A stretch of DNA of 64,000 nt from contig DAORJK010000014.1 of the NCBI GenBank assembly GCA_035438985.1, positions 12,504 through 76,503 of the forward strand, written 5' to 3'. Made by a program: the position numbers and the translations under genes. Origin of the DNA: Bacteroidia bacterium (GTDB lineage: Bacteria > Bacteroidota > Bacteroidia > UBA4408). This document shows, in pieces, positions 27,407 to 38,450 of this stretch (positions are counted from its first letter, which is position 1; each line of letters opens with the position of its first letter). A model generated the notes under the pieces. The model had not been told where the DNA came from and made no database searches. It saw only the letters and a program-made list of their open reading frames with translations.

Positions 27407-27680
27407 ATTTAATTTGACGAAAATAGGTATTTAAAAGGATTCATCAAACCTGACTACAAAAATTACCTATTAATAGTGAGTAAGTAGACGGTGTTGCAAT
27501 ACTTTTCTCTGTTTATTCTTTATAAAATCCTCCTAATATGAAACAAATTGTTGACTAAATCACGTTAAAGCAAAACCAATAATTTTTAGATATTTGTAAA
27601 AAAACCCTTCAAAATAGTAACAGATTGCGTCTAACTTGCTATCTTATATAATTCTACAAATCAGCTTTTAAATAAAAACT

Positions 27681-28703
27681 ATGAATAAGAAAAAAGGAGT
27701 AAAAACACTGGGACAATTTATTATTGAAAAACAAGCCGATTTCCCTTTCTCAAAAGGTGAACTTTCACGCCTATTGCGCGATATTGGTATTGCTTCAAAA
27801 ATTGTACACCGTGAAGTAAACAAAGCAGGATTAGTAGATATTTTAGGGAATGCCGGATCAACCAATGTGCAAGGGGAAGAAGTTAAAAAACTGGATTTAT
27901 TTGCCAACGAACAATTTATTTCTGCATTAAGTTCAGGTGGCGAATGCTGTGCCATTGCAAGTGAAGAAAATGAAGATATTATTTTGGTTGACAATGCCGT
28001 TTCTTCCAACGCAAAATATGTTGTTGCGTTGGATCCTTTGGATGGTTCAAGCAATATTGATGTAAATGTTTCGGTGGGAACTATTTTCTCAATATATCGT
28101 CGTAAATCTCTTTCAGGACCTGCAATGCTTGAAGATTTCTTGCAAAAAGGAACTGAACAAGTCGCAGCCGGATATGTAATTTATGGATCTTCTACCATGC
28201 TTGTGTATACTACAGGTAAAGGAGTAAATGGCTTTACACTTGATCCTAGCATTGGTGAATTTTGTTTGTCGCACCCCGATTTTAAAATTCCGGAAAATGG
28301 AAAAACTTATAGCATTAACGAAGGCTATTATGTGCACTTTCCGGAAGGAGTTAAAAAGTACATTAAGTTTTGCCAAGAAGAAGATGCATCTACAAATCGA
28401 CCTTATTCATCACGCTATATTGGTTCAGCCGTAGCCGATATTCACCGCAATTTAATTAAAGGTGGTGTTTTTATTTATCCTACCACAAGTAAAAGTCCAA
28501 AAGGAAAATTACGTTTAGTGTATGAATGCAACCCACTTTCTTTTGTTGTTGAGCAAGCCGGCGGAAAAGCAACCGACGGTTTTAAACGAATTTTGGAAAT
28601 ACAACCTGAAAGTCTTCATCAGCGTGTTCCTATGTTCATAGGTTCGAACGAAATGGTTGCAAAAGCTGAAAACTTTATGCAGGAATTTTCTCCTCCGAAA
28701 TAA
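27681..28703 (+). CDS. fbp: Fructose-1,6-bisphosphatase class 1
   Basis: 340 aa. The N-terminus [43 protein letters not shown] and the metal-binding stretch [22 protein letters not shown] are diagnostic of class 1 FBPase. Confidence 0.9.
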   Translation: MNKKKGVKTLGQFIIEKQADFPFSKGELSRLLRDIGIASKIVHREVNKAGLVDILGNAGSTNVQGEEVKKLDLFANEQFISALSSGGECCAIASEENEDIILVDNAVSSNAKYVVALDPLDGSSNIDVNVSVGTIFSIYRRKSLSGPAMLEDFLQKGTEQVAAGYVIYGSSTMLVYTTGKGVNGFTLDPSIGEFCLSHPDFKIPENGKTYSINEGYYVHFPEGVKKYIKFCQEEDASTNRPYSSRYIGSAVADIHRNLIKGGVFIYPTTSKSPKGKLRLVYECNPLSFVVEQAGGKATDGFKRILEIQPESLHQRVPMFIGSNEMVAKAENFMQEFSPPK

Positions 28704-28709
28704 TATTTT

Positions 28710-29231
28710 GTGGAAAATAAGTTAAATCAATTATTTGAAAGGCTCGAAAAACAACGCATTAATTTGCTGCTACAACTTGAGGCCTATCCCAACACAAGAT
28801 TGAATTTACCAACCGAAAACAACAAATGGTCGGTAAATCAAATTATTGAACACTTAATTTTGGCGGAGGAAATTTCTATTAAATCAATTCAGGCAAAAGT
28901 TTTAACAGCAAAGCATTTTGAATCTACCGGTTTACATACTGCAGTGCGTAAATTTTTACTGCGTATTTTTCTTCGATCACCTTTAAAGTTTAGCGCTCCA
29001 GCACTTGTTAGTAATCCTACAAACACAACTGATTTTTCAGAATTAAAAACAAAATGGGCAGCGGTAAGACAACAGTTAAAAGAATTGTTGGACTGGTTGC
29101 CAGCGCATGTTCTATCGAAATGCATTTACAAACATCCTGTTGCTGGAAAAATGAGCATTTATGGAGGCCTCGATTTTATGTATGAACATGTTCGCAGACA
29201 TAGACAACAAATAGTTAAAGTCTTGAATTAA
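28710..29231 (+). CDS. DinB/YfiT-like (DinB_2) family metal-dependent protein
   Basis: 173-aa four-helix-bundle-like protein with conserved His residues (IEHLILAE ... YEHVRRH). Starts 6 nt after fbp. Confidence 0.5.
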   Translation: MENKLNQLFERLEKQRINLLLQLEAYPNTRLNLPTENNKWSVNQIIEHLILAEEISIKSIQAKVLTAKHFESTGLHTAVRKFLLRIFLRSPLKFSAPALVSNPTNTTDFSELKTKWAAVRQQLKELLDWLPAHVLSKCIYKHPVAGKMSIYGGLDFMYEHVRRHRQQIVKVLN

Positions 29232-29339
29232 AAATTTCGAAATCCTTCCATCGAGCGCATAAGACTCTTCTATTTAAAGATTTCAGAATTAATTCTACCT
29301 TCAACTAATTTCATATCCACAAATTAAAAAAGCTCTGAA

Positions 29340-29723
29340 ATGAAAACCTTCAAGAAATATTTCACTTTACCCGCGAGCCCTGAAGAAGTTTATCTTGCCT
29401 TAGTAAAACCTGAAAGTATCATGTTGTGGACTGGCGATTGGGCCGAAATGAGCGAGTTACCAGGTAGTGAATTTTCCTTATGGGATGGAAGTATTGTTGG
29501 GAAAAATATAGCATTTGAACCCAACAAAAAAATTGTGCAACACTGGTATTTTGATGAGGCATCGAGCGATTCAATTGTTACCATTAAATTGCATCCTCAA
29601 GGAAATGAAACTTCCATGGAAGTAACACACACCAATATTCCAGATACCGATTACGACGATATTGCAGCCGGTTGGGTAGAAAGTTATTATGAAAATTTAC
29701 TTGATTTTTTTGTGGAAGATTAA
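29340..29723 (+). CDS. SRPBCC-superfamily protein (AHSA1/START-like)
   Basis: 127 aa. Length and hydrophobic-pocket pattern resemble the Activator-of-Hsp90-ATPase-like / polyketide-cyclase SRPBCC fold. Assignment is tentative. Confidence 0.45.
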   Translation: MKTFKKYFTLPASPEEVYLALVKPESIMLWTGDWAEMSELPGSEFSLWDGSIVGKNIAFEPNKKIVQHWYFDEASSDSIVTIKLHPQGNETSMEVTHTNIPDTDYDDIAAGWVESYYENLLDFFVED

Positions 29724-29724
29724 C

Positions 29725-31803
29725 TTAAAGTCGAATTCCTATTACCAAAATATCGTCTGATTGTTCTTGTGAACCCATCCATTCTTCAATGCTGTTGCGC
29801 AATATTTTCTCCTGTTCCTTCATTGACATAGGTTGAATTTGCTGCAACAACTCTCGAAACTTTTTACTCATAAATTTTTTATCGTTTGGACCTCCAAACT
29901 GATCACAAAATCCATCTGAAAACAAATAAAAAGTATCACCGTTTTCAATTTGGAGTTGGTGATTTTTGTAGACTAAATCTTCCAAATTATACTGACTTCC
30001 ACCTACTGGAAATTTACTTGATTTTATTTCTTCAAAATTATATGAACCTGCCCTGTTTCGAAATACATAAAGCGGACGATTGGCTCCGGCATACTCAATT
30101 ACTTTCTCGCTTTTATTGATCGCACATAAACACACATCCATTCCATCATTAGTTTGTGTTCCGGGTTGATTTTGCTTTAAAGCAATTCGCACGTGTTCAT
30201 TTAGTTGAGTTAATATATTTCCCGGTTGTGAAACACCATTTATTTTAACTATTTCATTTAATAAATTAGTACCAATAACACTCATAAATGCACCCGGAAC
30301 TCCATGTCCAGTGCAATCTGCTGCTGCGATGATCAAGGTATCAGGTTCAGACTTTGATGAACTTGAAGCAGTTGAATTAAACCAGTAAAAATCTCCACTC
30401 ACTATATCTTTAGGCTTAAACAATATAAAAGATTCGGGAAGGTAATCGGTTAACCCTTGCTCTAATGGTAATATAGCTTGCTGTATGCGTTGTGCATAGT
30501 TAATACTGTCGGTTATGTTTTTATTTTTATCTTCAATCAGCGACTTGGCAATGCTTAGTTGCATGTTCACCTTTTTCTTTTCAGTATAATTTCGATATAG
30601 AAAAAACGAAAAAATCACTACCAGAATAAAGCCACCAATGAATGAATTTCGCACTATTTTTTGACGATTAAGCTCGCTCGCTTGAATTTTTTTGTCTTTA
30701 TTCAGGATGGTAATTTCATTGTCCTTTTTATCTACATCATACCGCATTTGTAGTTCGGCAATGTGCTTGTTACTTTCGAGACTATTAATGCTATCACTTA
30801 CTTGCTTGTGTCGTTTGTAATATGCCAATGCTAAATCTGGTTGGTTAGAGTTTTCATAAATCTGCGATAAATTGCCATAGGCTGCCGCCTCACCTTCTTT
30901 GAAACCTATTTCCTTGCTAAGCTCCAAGCCCTTCAAACAATTTTCAAGTGCAATATTTTTATCTGAGACCGAATTAAAGAGTTCACTCTTTTCAAAATAA
31001 AACTCACTTAAATTTAAGTAACAAATGGCCAGTTCAAGCTTATCATTTAAAGTAAGAAATGCACTAAGCGCTTTTTTATAATAGTTTTCGGCAAGAGCAA
31101 AGTCAGAATTGGTATTAGACGCTGCTCCCCTAGCAGAATATGCATTAGCAATGTTGTCGTAACAAACAGCAATGGATAAGGTATCGTTCTGCTTTAACCG
31201 AATTGCCAGTGATTTTTGATAATAGCGCAAAGCATTGGGATAATCAGCAATGTCGTTGTAAAAATTTCCGAAATTGTTATAGGCATCTCCAAGTTCATTG
31301 GGATCATTTTCAATCTCCTTTATTTCGATGCCTTGCAAATAATATTTTTCAGCAGTTGCGAAATCCTCCTTTTTTAGATAAAGTCCAGCAAGACCAATAA
31401 ATACTTTGCCTTTTAAATTGGTAAAATTATGCTTGTCACATACTTTTATAGCTTCCAAAAAATTTACCAACGATGAGTTAAAATCACTTTTAGCATTCAG
31501 GTAATAATTTCCCAAACTTTGAAAACAAATTGCTTGTAAATAGTGGCTATTTATTTTCTTTGACAGTTGAAGCGCCTCTTGCTTAATTTTTATAGAATTC
31601 TCAGAACTTAACAAATTGTGCTGCGAAAGCTCAATTTGAAGCAGAACTTTTAGTGAATCGTTAGTTGATTTTACAATTTCTTGTTTCAATTGTTCTATTG
31701 ATTTTGAACTTGAAGCATACGCATCAAAATCAACAATAAATAGTGCAAACAACAGATACATGATCCGAGTTAAAAATAATTTTAAAAGGCAAGAAGTCTT
31801 CAT
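29725..31803 (-). CDS. TPR-repeat sensor protein with a single TM helix and a C-terminal SpoIIE/PP2C-type serine phosphatase domain
   Basis: 692 aa. Signal/TM at the N-terminus. About 7 TPR units (YYLQAICFQSLGNYY..., AICYLNLSEFY...). TM helix FIGGFILVVIFSFFLY. The C-terminal domain has PP2C metal-binding motifs (DCTGHGVPGAFMS; DGMDV; FYLFSDGFCDQ). Confidence 0.75.
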   Translation of the reverse strand: MKTSCLLKLFLTRIMYLLFALFIVDFDAYASSSKSIEQLKQEIVKSTNDSLKVLLQIELSQHNLLSSENSIKIKQEALQLSKKINSHYLQAICFQSLGNYYLNAKSDFNSSLVNFLEAIKVCDKHNFTNLKGKVFIGLAGLYLKKEDFATAEKYYLQGIEIKEIENDPNELGDAYNNFGNFYNDIADYPNALRYYQKSLAIRLKQNDTLSIAVCYDNIANAYSARGAASNTNSDFALAENYYKKALSAFLTLNDKLELAICYLNLSEFYFEKSELFNSVSDKNIALENCLKGLELSKEIGFKEGEAAAYGNLSQIYENSNQPDLALAYYKRHKQVSDSINSLESNKHIAELQMRYDVDKKDNEITILNKDKKIQASELNRQKIVRNSFIGGFILVVIFSFFLYRNYTEKKKVNMQLSIAKSLIEDKNKNITDSINYAQRIQQAILPLEQGLTDYLPESFILFKPKDIVSGDFYWFNSTASSSSKSEPDTLIIAAADCTGHGVPGAFMSVIGTNLLNEIVKINGVSQPGNILTQLNEHVRIALKQNQPGTQTNDGMDVCLCAINKSEKVIEYAGANRPLYVFRNRAGSYNFEEIKSSKFPVGGSQYNLEDLVYKNHQLQIENGDTFYLFSDGFCDQFGGPNDKKFMSKKFRELLQQIQPMSMKEQEKILRNSIEEWMGSQEQSDDILVIGIRL

Positions 31804-31874
31804 TTTGATAACTCAGTATTTTGCTTTATTTTTAAAATCAAATCTAACTCCTTTTTACTAAAGAAAATCTTTCC

Positions 31875-34070
31875 ATGAAAAAATACTTATACCTTTTATC
31901 TTTTACCTTATTTTTTTCTATCCCTTTGCTGCACGCTCAATATTGCATTGCACCGCATTTGTCTACTTGTAATGCGGCCGACAATATTAATGAAGTATTA
32001 ATCTATGGTTCGAGCGCGACACTTGTTAATTCAGGGAGTGGTTGTGGTTCGGCCAATGGTAATGCTTATAGTATTTACCCATATCCTGCATATTCCACCA
32101 GCCTTCAAACCGGTTTATCTGCAACGGTTGTAATAACAACAACAGCTAATAACAACATTTCTTTATGGATTGATTATGATCACAATGCTACTTTTGATAG
32201 TTATGAATGGACTGAAATAACTGCTAGTTCTGTTGCGAATAGTCCAACTTATGCAACGGTTGTTGTGCCATTAACTGCACTTACGGGTGCTACCGGTTTA
32301 CGCATTCGTTCTCGATTAGCCGGAAATCCAAACGCTGCAACTGATGCCTGCACTACCTTTGGAAGCGGAGAAACTGAAGATTACACAATTGACATCATTG
32401 GTGGGCCTCCAAATGATTTGTTTGCAAATGCTCAATTAATTACCGCTAGTACAACTTGTAATGCGGTGTTGGGTTCATTGGAAAACTGCACTCAGGATAT
32501 TTCCTTTTTTACTTGCAACGGTTTCTCTCAATCTGTAGCTGAAGTATGGTATAAATTCATAGCCGATTCATCCGTAGTTGAAATACAAGCAAATGGAACA
32601 GGAGCCTTATTGCCAATGATTAGTCTATGGGAAAACCTAACCACATTTATTACTTGTGCGCAAGCTCCCGCAGGCGGTATTGGTCAAGCAAGCATGGTGG
32701 TCTCGGGATTGGTACCCGGTAACACTTACTACATAGCTGTAGCAAGCCCAATATTTTCAATAGATTATGATTTTTATATCTGTGTAAAAAATAAAAAATC
32801 AACACTTGCCGATGTAACTATTGACCTAGATATTACTCCTGCGGTTAATGCCGGAATTTATCAAGGAGGATCACCTGATATTGTTGGTTCATTTAATGGT
32901 TTTAATCCTGCAGCCGCGGATGATATGTACTCAATTGGAGGTTATAATTTTCGTAAAACGTATACCACTTTTGCACAAGGCGATACCATATCCTTTAAAT
33001 TCAGAATCAACCACAATTGGTCGACCTTTGAAGCCACCTCTTCGCGAAGTTATGTTGTAAACGATGGTGATACGCTAAAGTGTATTTGGGACTCTGCGTC
33101 ATTTACTGTTGTTGACGTTACAATAAAACGTCCAATAACATTTCGTGTTAACATGAACAATGAAATTGTTTCTCCAAATGGAGTGTATATGGTAGGAAAT
33201 TTTAATAATTACGATGCTGATTCTACATTGATGTCGCCCATTGGAAATGGAGTATATGAAGCTGTAGTTGATCTAGACACCTCTTCTTTTATACGTTATA
33301 GATATGTAAATGGCCTTTCTGTCTCTGCTGCCGAAACGGTACCTTTAGCTTGTGGATTAAGTAACGTAGGAGGTTTCGATGAACGATTTTTAGATGTACC
33401 CGAAAATGCTGATACTTTACCAACAGTTTGTTTTAATGAATGTGCCAATTGTATTGGGTATGCTGCAATTGGATTTCGAGTTGATTTAAGTGGTTTTCTT
33501 CCTGTTTCTCCCAATGGTGTGCACATTGCAGGAAATTTTAACGGTTGGGATTATGGTGCAAATGCAATGACATCAATTGGAGGCAATGTGTATGAAACAG
33601 TTTTGAATTTAGATACAACTACTTCTATTCGATACAAATTTGTAAATGGAAATCAGGCTGCTGATGCAGAAGTTGTTCCTGCTGCTTGCGGTATAATTCA
33701 AGGATCGGGAGGCTATAAACGATTTTTTGATGTTACTGAAACAGCTGCTACTTTACCCAACGCCTGCTTTAGCTTATGTCAAAGTGGAAACTGTGCACTG
33801 TCGGTAGTTGCACAAGACCAAAATGAAACTTCCGTTTACTTTGATGCAGGAAGAAATGAAATAGTAATTAAGTCGAATCAACCGGAAGCCTTTCAAAGTA
33901 TTTCGCTTTTTGCTATCACCGGTAAATTGGTGAAATCGAACAATATTGCTAATTTAAAAAAGGGGAGCGGTTTTAGTTTCGATGCAACAACACTTCCCGA
34001 TGGAGTTTATTTTGTATCCCTAAATGGCACAACAATGAGGCAAACAAAAAAACTCAGCATTAGTCGCTAA
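31875..34070 (+). CDS. Secreted T9SS cargo protein: N-terminal GEVED domain, three CBM-like about 110-aa repeats, type-A T9SS C-terminal domain
   Basis: Signal peptide MKKYLYLLSFTLFFSIPLLHA. The GEVED signature GSGETEDYTIDI is present. Repeats share the pattern R(V/N)..N......(V/I).(V/I)AGNFN.WD......M...G.YE......T.....IRYK(F)VNG. The C-terminal ~80 aa match the Por_Secre_tail pattern, ending ...DGVYFVSLNGTTMRQTKKLSISR. Confidence 0.65.
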   Translation: MKKYLYLLSFTLFFSIPLLHAQYCIAPHLSTCNAADNINEVLIYGSSATLVNSGSGCGSANGNAYSIYPYPAYSTSLQTGLSATVVITTTANNNISLWIDYDHNATFDSYEWTEITASSVANSPTYATVVVPLTALTGATGLRIRSRLAGNPNAATDACTTFGSGETEDYTIDIIGGPPNDLFANAQLITASTTCNAVLGSLENCTQDISFFTCNGFSQSVAEVWYKFIADSSVVEIQANGTGALLPMISLWENLTTFITCAQAPAGGIGQASMVVSGLVPGNTYYIAVASPIFSIDYDFYICVKNKKSTLADVTIDLDITPAVNAGIYQGGSPDIVGSFNGFNPAAADDMYSIGGYNFRKTYTTFAQGDTISFKFRINHNWSTFEATSSRSYVVNDGDTLKCIWDSASFTVVDVTIKRPITFRVNMNNEIVSPNGVYMVGNFNNYDADSTLMSPIGNGVYEAVVDLDTSSFIRYRYVNGLSVSAAETVPLACGLSNVGGFDERFLDVPENADTLPTVCFNECANCIGYAAIGFRVDLSGFLPVSPNGVHIAGNFNGWDYGANAMTSIGGNVYETVLNLDTTTSIRYKFVNGNQAADAEVVPAACGIIQGSGGYKRFFDVTETAATLPNACFSLCQSGNCALSVVAQDQNETSVYFDAGRNEIVIKSNQPEAFQSISLFAITGKLVKSNNIANLKKGSGFSFDATTLPDGVYFVSLNGTTMRQTKKLSISR

Positions 34071-34143
34071 GTATTTTGCACTATACAGATTGCTGTTTGC
34101 TTTACTAAAAGTTGTTTTCGTAAGAAAATAAGAAGGATTAATT

Positions 34144-34866
34144 TTAAAAAACCATTCCTTTCATTTTACCGAAGTACATAACAATTCCTGCCTTTACAAA
34201 AATTTTTTGTGCTTGCGCAAGATAAACTGCTTCATTGGAATAGGAACTACGCGCTACCAATTCCGGATAAGGTCTATTGATGAATAATGCTTTGATATAG
34301 TAATCAATAATCAATGCTTTGCGCAAATGATTTTCAGACATGCAGCCTATACCAATCAAGTACCGTGTTAAGTATGTTGAATTATTAAGATCAAAAGTTA
34401 CTACATCATTTCTGTTTTTGAACTGCATTGAAAATTGAGCATAATTTCCTGAGTAATTTGTGTTTTGGGCATCTCTGTAAAATCCGGTTATAGCCGATCT
34501 TAAGTAGGCAAAATCAATGAGTACTCCATAAAGTTGTAATTTCGTTTTGTGTTGGAAAGGCAAATAGTTTAGTTCAATACCGCCAAGTCGTTGCTCGTAA
34601 TGTATTTTGGCTTTGTTTAATTCGTTCTTAAACCTTAGTCGCTGATATCCACCCTCTCCATAGAAATGAATGTTGAATTTTTTAACCAATTTTAGTTTTA
34701 CATTGGCATTGAAACCAGGATTTAACAAGGATGGCTGCGCTTTAATTCCTGCAATTGAAGTTGAAACAAAAAACAACGAATTGCTCACTCCTATGCCAAA
34801 ACGTATTTGAGCAGTTGCAGCATAACTAGCTAGAAAACAAATACAACCGATTAAAAGCCGAATCAT
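34144..34866 (-). CDS. Hypothetical outer-membrane beta-barrel protein
   Basis: 240 aa. Signal peptide, alternating hydrophobic beta-strand pattern, C-terminal ...YFGKMKGMVF ending in Phe. No recognisable catalytic motif. Confidence 0.4.
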   Translation of the reverse strand: MIRLLIGCICFLASYAATAQIRFGIGVSNSLFFVSTSIAGIKAQPSLLNPGFNANVKLKLVKKFNIHFYGEGGYQRLRFKNELNKAKIHYEQRLGGIELNYLPFQHKTKLQLYGVLIDFAYLRSAITGFYRDAQNTNYSGNYAQFSMQFKNRNDVVTFDLNNSTYLTRYLIGIGCMSENHLRKALIIDYYIKALFINRPYPELVARSSYSNEAVYLAQAQKIFVKAGIVMYFGKMKGMVF

Positions 34867-35045
34867 TTTAAGTCAACGATTGAAATAGAAATTTATTGTT
34901 TTAAAGAATAAAAACTTGAAACGTAAAATTTTTAAAATTAAGCGAGTTGCTTTCAAACAAAGACTTATATTTTATTTTTAGTCCTAGCTTTGTGTACCTT
35001 TGAAGCCTTAAAATCTATCAGCAGCTTATTTCCGATCAACAACAC

Positions 35046-38000
35046 ATGACGATTAATGACTTAGTAAGTGCATATCGTAAAAGCGATATAACCACCCGTA
35101 TAATTTCGGGAATTACTGCCAATCCTACACTAAAAATTCAATTAAAGGGCGCGATTGGTTCTTCCGTTTCATTTATTGCTGCTGCTGTATTTGCTGAAAG
35201 TCAAAAAAATCAATTGTTCATTTTTAGCGATAAAGAAGAAGCCGCTTATTTTTTAAACGATATTGAAAATTTAATTGGCGATAAAAATTGTCTCTATTTT
35301 CCCCCTTCGTATAAAAAACCATACGACCCTGAGGCTATTGACAATGCTAATATTTTGCTGAGAGCTGAAGTACTCAACACCCTCAACAAAAGTTCAAAGC
35401 CTTGCATTGTTGTTAGCTACCCTGAAGCTCTCGCCGAAAAAGTAGTTACTAAAAAGCACTTAACTAAAAACACCATGGAACTGAAGCCGGGTGAGCAAGT
35501 TAGTTTGGAGTTTATGATGGACCTATTGCACGAATTTGGTTTCGAACGAATGGACTATGTGATTGAACCCGGACAATATTCAGTGAGAGGTGGAATTGTA
35601 GACGTATTTTCATTTTCGAACGATCATCCTTATCGAATTGAATTATTGGGAAATGAAGTAGATTCAATTCGAAGTTTTGATGTTGTTAGCCAATTATCCA
35701 TTGCCAATTTTGCAAAAATTGCAATCGTTCCAAATGTTCAGGAAAAAATATTACACGAACACCGTGAATCTTTTCTAGATTTTTTATCAAATGAAACAAT
35801 TATTTGGACCCGTGATATTGATTTTTGTGCCGAACGAATTCAGAAAGAATTTGAACACGCAAGTGAAGCCTATCAAAAAATTTCAACCCTTATCGAACAG
35901 CTTCCTCCAGAGGAATTATTTATTGATGATGCATCATTCTTAGCTTCTTGCAAAAAAATGCAAGTGGTTGAACTATCCTCAAAAACTCGTTTTCAAAGCA
36001 ACCTGGTTATCACCTGTAACTTTTCTCCTCAACCTAATTTCAATAAAAACTTTGAGTTGCTTATAGCTAATTTGAGAGAAAATGCAGCTAAAAAAATTAA
36101 GAATATTTTATTCGCCGATACTGCTAAACAAACTGAACGAATTTATGCCATTCTTGAAGATGTAAAAGCCAATAAAGGACCTAAATTCTCTGCTGATGAA
36201 GTGAGCCCAATTTTACTTTCAATTCATGAAGGATTTATTGACCGCGACTTACAACTTGCCTGTTATACCGATCATCAGATTTTTGACAGGTATCACCGTT
36301 ATAAAATAAAAAGTAATAACAACAATAAACAAGCTATTACGCTTAAAGAACTCGGTGCCCTGCAACCCGGCGATTTCATTACGCACATCGATCATGGTGT
36401 GGGAAGATTTGCAGGACTCGAAAAAATTGATGTCAATGGTAAGCCCCAAGAAGCAATACGTTTGGTTTACAAAGACAACGATATTTTATACATCAGTATT
36501 CATTCACTTCACCGTATTTCGAAATTTTCAGGAGCTGAAGGATCCACGCCTAAAATTAACAAACTAGGCTCAAATGCATGGGCAACTTTAAAGCAAAAAA
36601 CAAAATCCAAAGTAAAAGAAATTGCCTTTGATTTAATAAGACTTTACGCTAAACGCAAAGCTCAAAAAGGTTTTGAATTTATGCCCGATACTTATTTACA
36701 AACCGAATTAGAAGCAAGTTTTATTTATGAAGATACCCCCGATCAAGAGAAGGCTACAGCTGCACTAAAAAAAGACATGGAAAGTTCTTATCCAATGGAT
36801 CGCTTAATATGTGGGGATGTTGGATTTGGGAAAACAGAAGTTGCAATTCGTGCTGCATTCAAAGCAGTAAACGACAGTAAACAAGTGGCAGTGCTGGTTC
36901 CAACTACTATACTTGCACTCCAACATTATAAAACGTTTAGCGAACGATTAAAAGATTTTCCCTGTAAAGTTGATTACATCAATCGCTTTCGAACCGCTAA
37001 AGAAGTTAAACAAACACTTGATAATCTTGCAAAAGGAGAAGTTGATATTTTAATTGGAACACATCGAATTGTTAGTAAAGATGTAAAATTTAAAGATCTT
37101 GGATTATTAATTATTGATGAAGAACAAAAGTTTGGAGTTGGAACTAAAGACAAATTAAAAGCACTAAAAAGCAATGTTGATACTCTTACCCTTACAGCAA
37201 CTCCAATACCACGAACGCTACAGTTTTCGATGCTTGGCGCACGCGACTTGTCAGTAATTACAACACCTCCTCCAAATAGATATCCGGTACAAACCGAACT
37301 CCATACATTTAATGAAGAGATTATTCGGGATGCTATTTCCTTTGAAGTTTCACGTGGGGGTCAGGTATTTTTTGTACACAATCGAGTTGGAAATATTAGT
37401 GAGGTTGCCGGAATGATTCAGCGGCTTTGTCCTGGTGTTCGCACAGTTGTTGGGCATGGGCAAATGGATGGCGAGAAACTGGAACAGGTAATGCTCGATT
37501 TTATTAATCATGAATACGATGTATTGGTTGCTACCACGATTATTGAATCGGGTTTAGATATTTCGAATGCGAATACCATACTTATTAATCAGGCACATTT
37601 ATTTGGCTTGAGTGACTTGCATCAAATGCGCGGAAGAGTTGGCCGTTCTAATAAAAAAGCTTTTTGTTATTTGTTGGCACCACCTCAAAGCGTGCTTACA
37701 TCTGAAGCGCGAAAACGCTTAAAAGCCATTGAAGAATTTGCTGAACTCGGAAGCGGATTTAGCATAGCCATGCGTGACTTGGATATTCGTGGAGCTGGTA
37801 ACCTGCTAGGAGGCGAACAAAGTGGTTTCATCAGTGAAATTGGTTTTGAGATGTACATGAAAATTTTGGATGAAGCCATCATGGAATTGAAAAACGAAAA
37901 TGAGGAAATTCGCAACAGTACTTCAGCCGGCTCCCATCAATTTACCGATTCCCATTCAAGCAACTATGTGCTCGATTGTCAAATTGATACCGACATGGAA

Positions 38001-38435
38001 ATTCTGATTCCGGATGAATACGTTACCAATATTGGCGAACGCTTAGCATTGTATAAAGAATTAGACGACATTGAAAAGGAAGCAGATTTACATCGCTACG
38101 AATTAAATCTGCGCGACCGATTTGGCGAAGTCCCGAAACAAGTTCGTGAACTAATAAATACAATTCGCTTAAGGTGGATGGCTAAGGACATTGGTTTTGA
38201 AAAAGTGGTGCTCAAGAGTTCAAAATTGATTGGCTATTTTGTACTCAATCAAAATTCACCCTATTATCAAAGCGAATCGTTTACCAAGGTTTTAAAGTAT
38301 GTTCAGCACCATTCCAAACTTTGCAAAATGAAGGAAAATAGAGATAAGCTGAGTCTAACTTTCGAAAATATTAAATCCGTTGACGAAGCTATTCGTGCAT
38401 TAAAGCCTATAGGAGCCTTGGAATTAGTAAATTAA
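35046..38435 (+). CDS. mfd: Transcription-repair coupling factor
   Basis: 1129 aa. UvrB-homology N-terminus, RNAP-interacting domain, superfamily-2 helicase motifs (GDVGFGKTEVAIRAAF; DEEQKFGV; TATPIPRTL), and TRG motif region. Confidence 0.9.
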   Translation: MTINDLVSAYRKSDITTRIISGITANPTLKIQLKGAIGSSVSFIAAAVFAESQKNQLFIFSDKEEAAYFLNDIENLIGDKNCLYFPPSYKKPYDPEAIDNANILLRAEVLNTLNKSSKPCIVVSYPEALAEKVVTKKHLTKNTMELKPGEQVSLEFMMDLLHEFGFERMDYVIEPGQYSVRGGIVDVFSFSNDHPYRIELLGNEVDSIRSFDVVSQLSIANFAKIAIVPNVQEKILHEHRESFLDFLSNETIIWTRDIDFCAERIQKEFEHASEAYQKISTLIEQLPPEELFIDDASFLASCKKMQVVELSSKTRFQSNLVITCNFSPQPNFNKNFELLIANLRENAAKKIKNILFADTAKQTERIYAILEDVKANKGPKFSADEVSPILLSIHEGFIDRDLQLACYTDHQIFDRYHRYKIKSNNNNKQAITLKELGALQPGDFITHIDHGVGRFAGLEKIDVNGKPQEAIRLVYKDNDILYISIHSLHRISKFSGAEGSTPKINKLGSNAWATLKQKTKSKVKEIAFDLIRLYAKRKAQKGFEFMPDTYLQTELEASFIYEDTPDQEKATAALKKDMESSYPMDRLICGDVGFGKTEVAIRAAFKAVNDSKQVAVLVPTTILALQHYKTFSERLKDFPCKVDYINRFRTAKEVKQTLDNLAKGEVDILIGTHRIVSKDVKFKDLGLLIIDEEQKFGVGTKDKLKALKSNVDTLTLTATPIPRTLQFSMLGARDLSVITTPPPNRYPVQTELHTFNEEIIRDAISFEVSRGGQVFFVHNRVGNISEVAGMIQRLCPGVRTVVGHGQMDGEKLEQVMLDFINHEYDVLVATTIIESGLDISNANTILINQAHLFGLSDLHQMRGRVGRSNKKAFCYLLAPPQSVLTSEARKRLKAIEEFAELGSGFSIAMRDLDIRGAGNLLGGEQSGFISEIGFEMYMKILDEAIMELKNENEEIRNSTSAGSHQFTDSHSSNYVLDCQIDTDMEILIPDEYVTNIGERLALYKELDDIEKEADLHRYELNLRDRFGEVPKQVRELINTIRLRWMAKDIGFEKVVLKSSKLIGYFVLNQNSPYYQSESFTKVLKYVQHHSKLCKMKENRDKLSLTFENIKSVDEAIRALKPIGALELVN

Positions 38436-38450
38436 AATTATTTTTGCCAC

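Noticed and set aside
28710-29723. DinB-like and SRPBCC small proteins as a possible toxin-antitoxin or stress module
   Set aside because: They are separated by 108 nt, and neither resembles known toxin or antitoxin folds. Both families are widespread standalone housekeeping or stress proteins.
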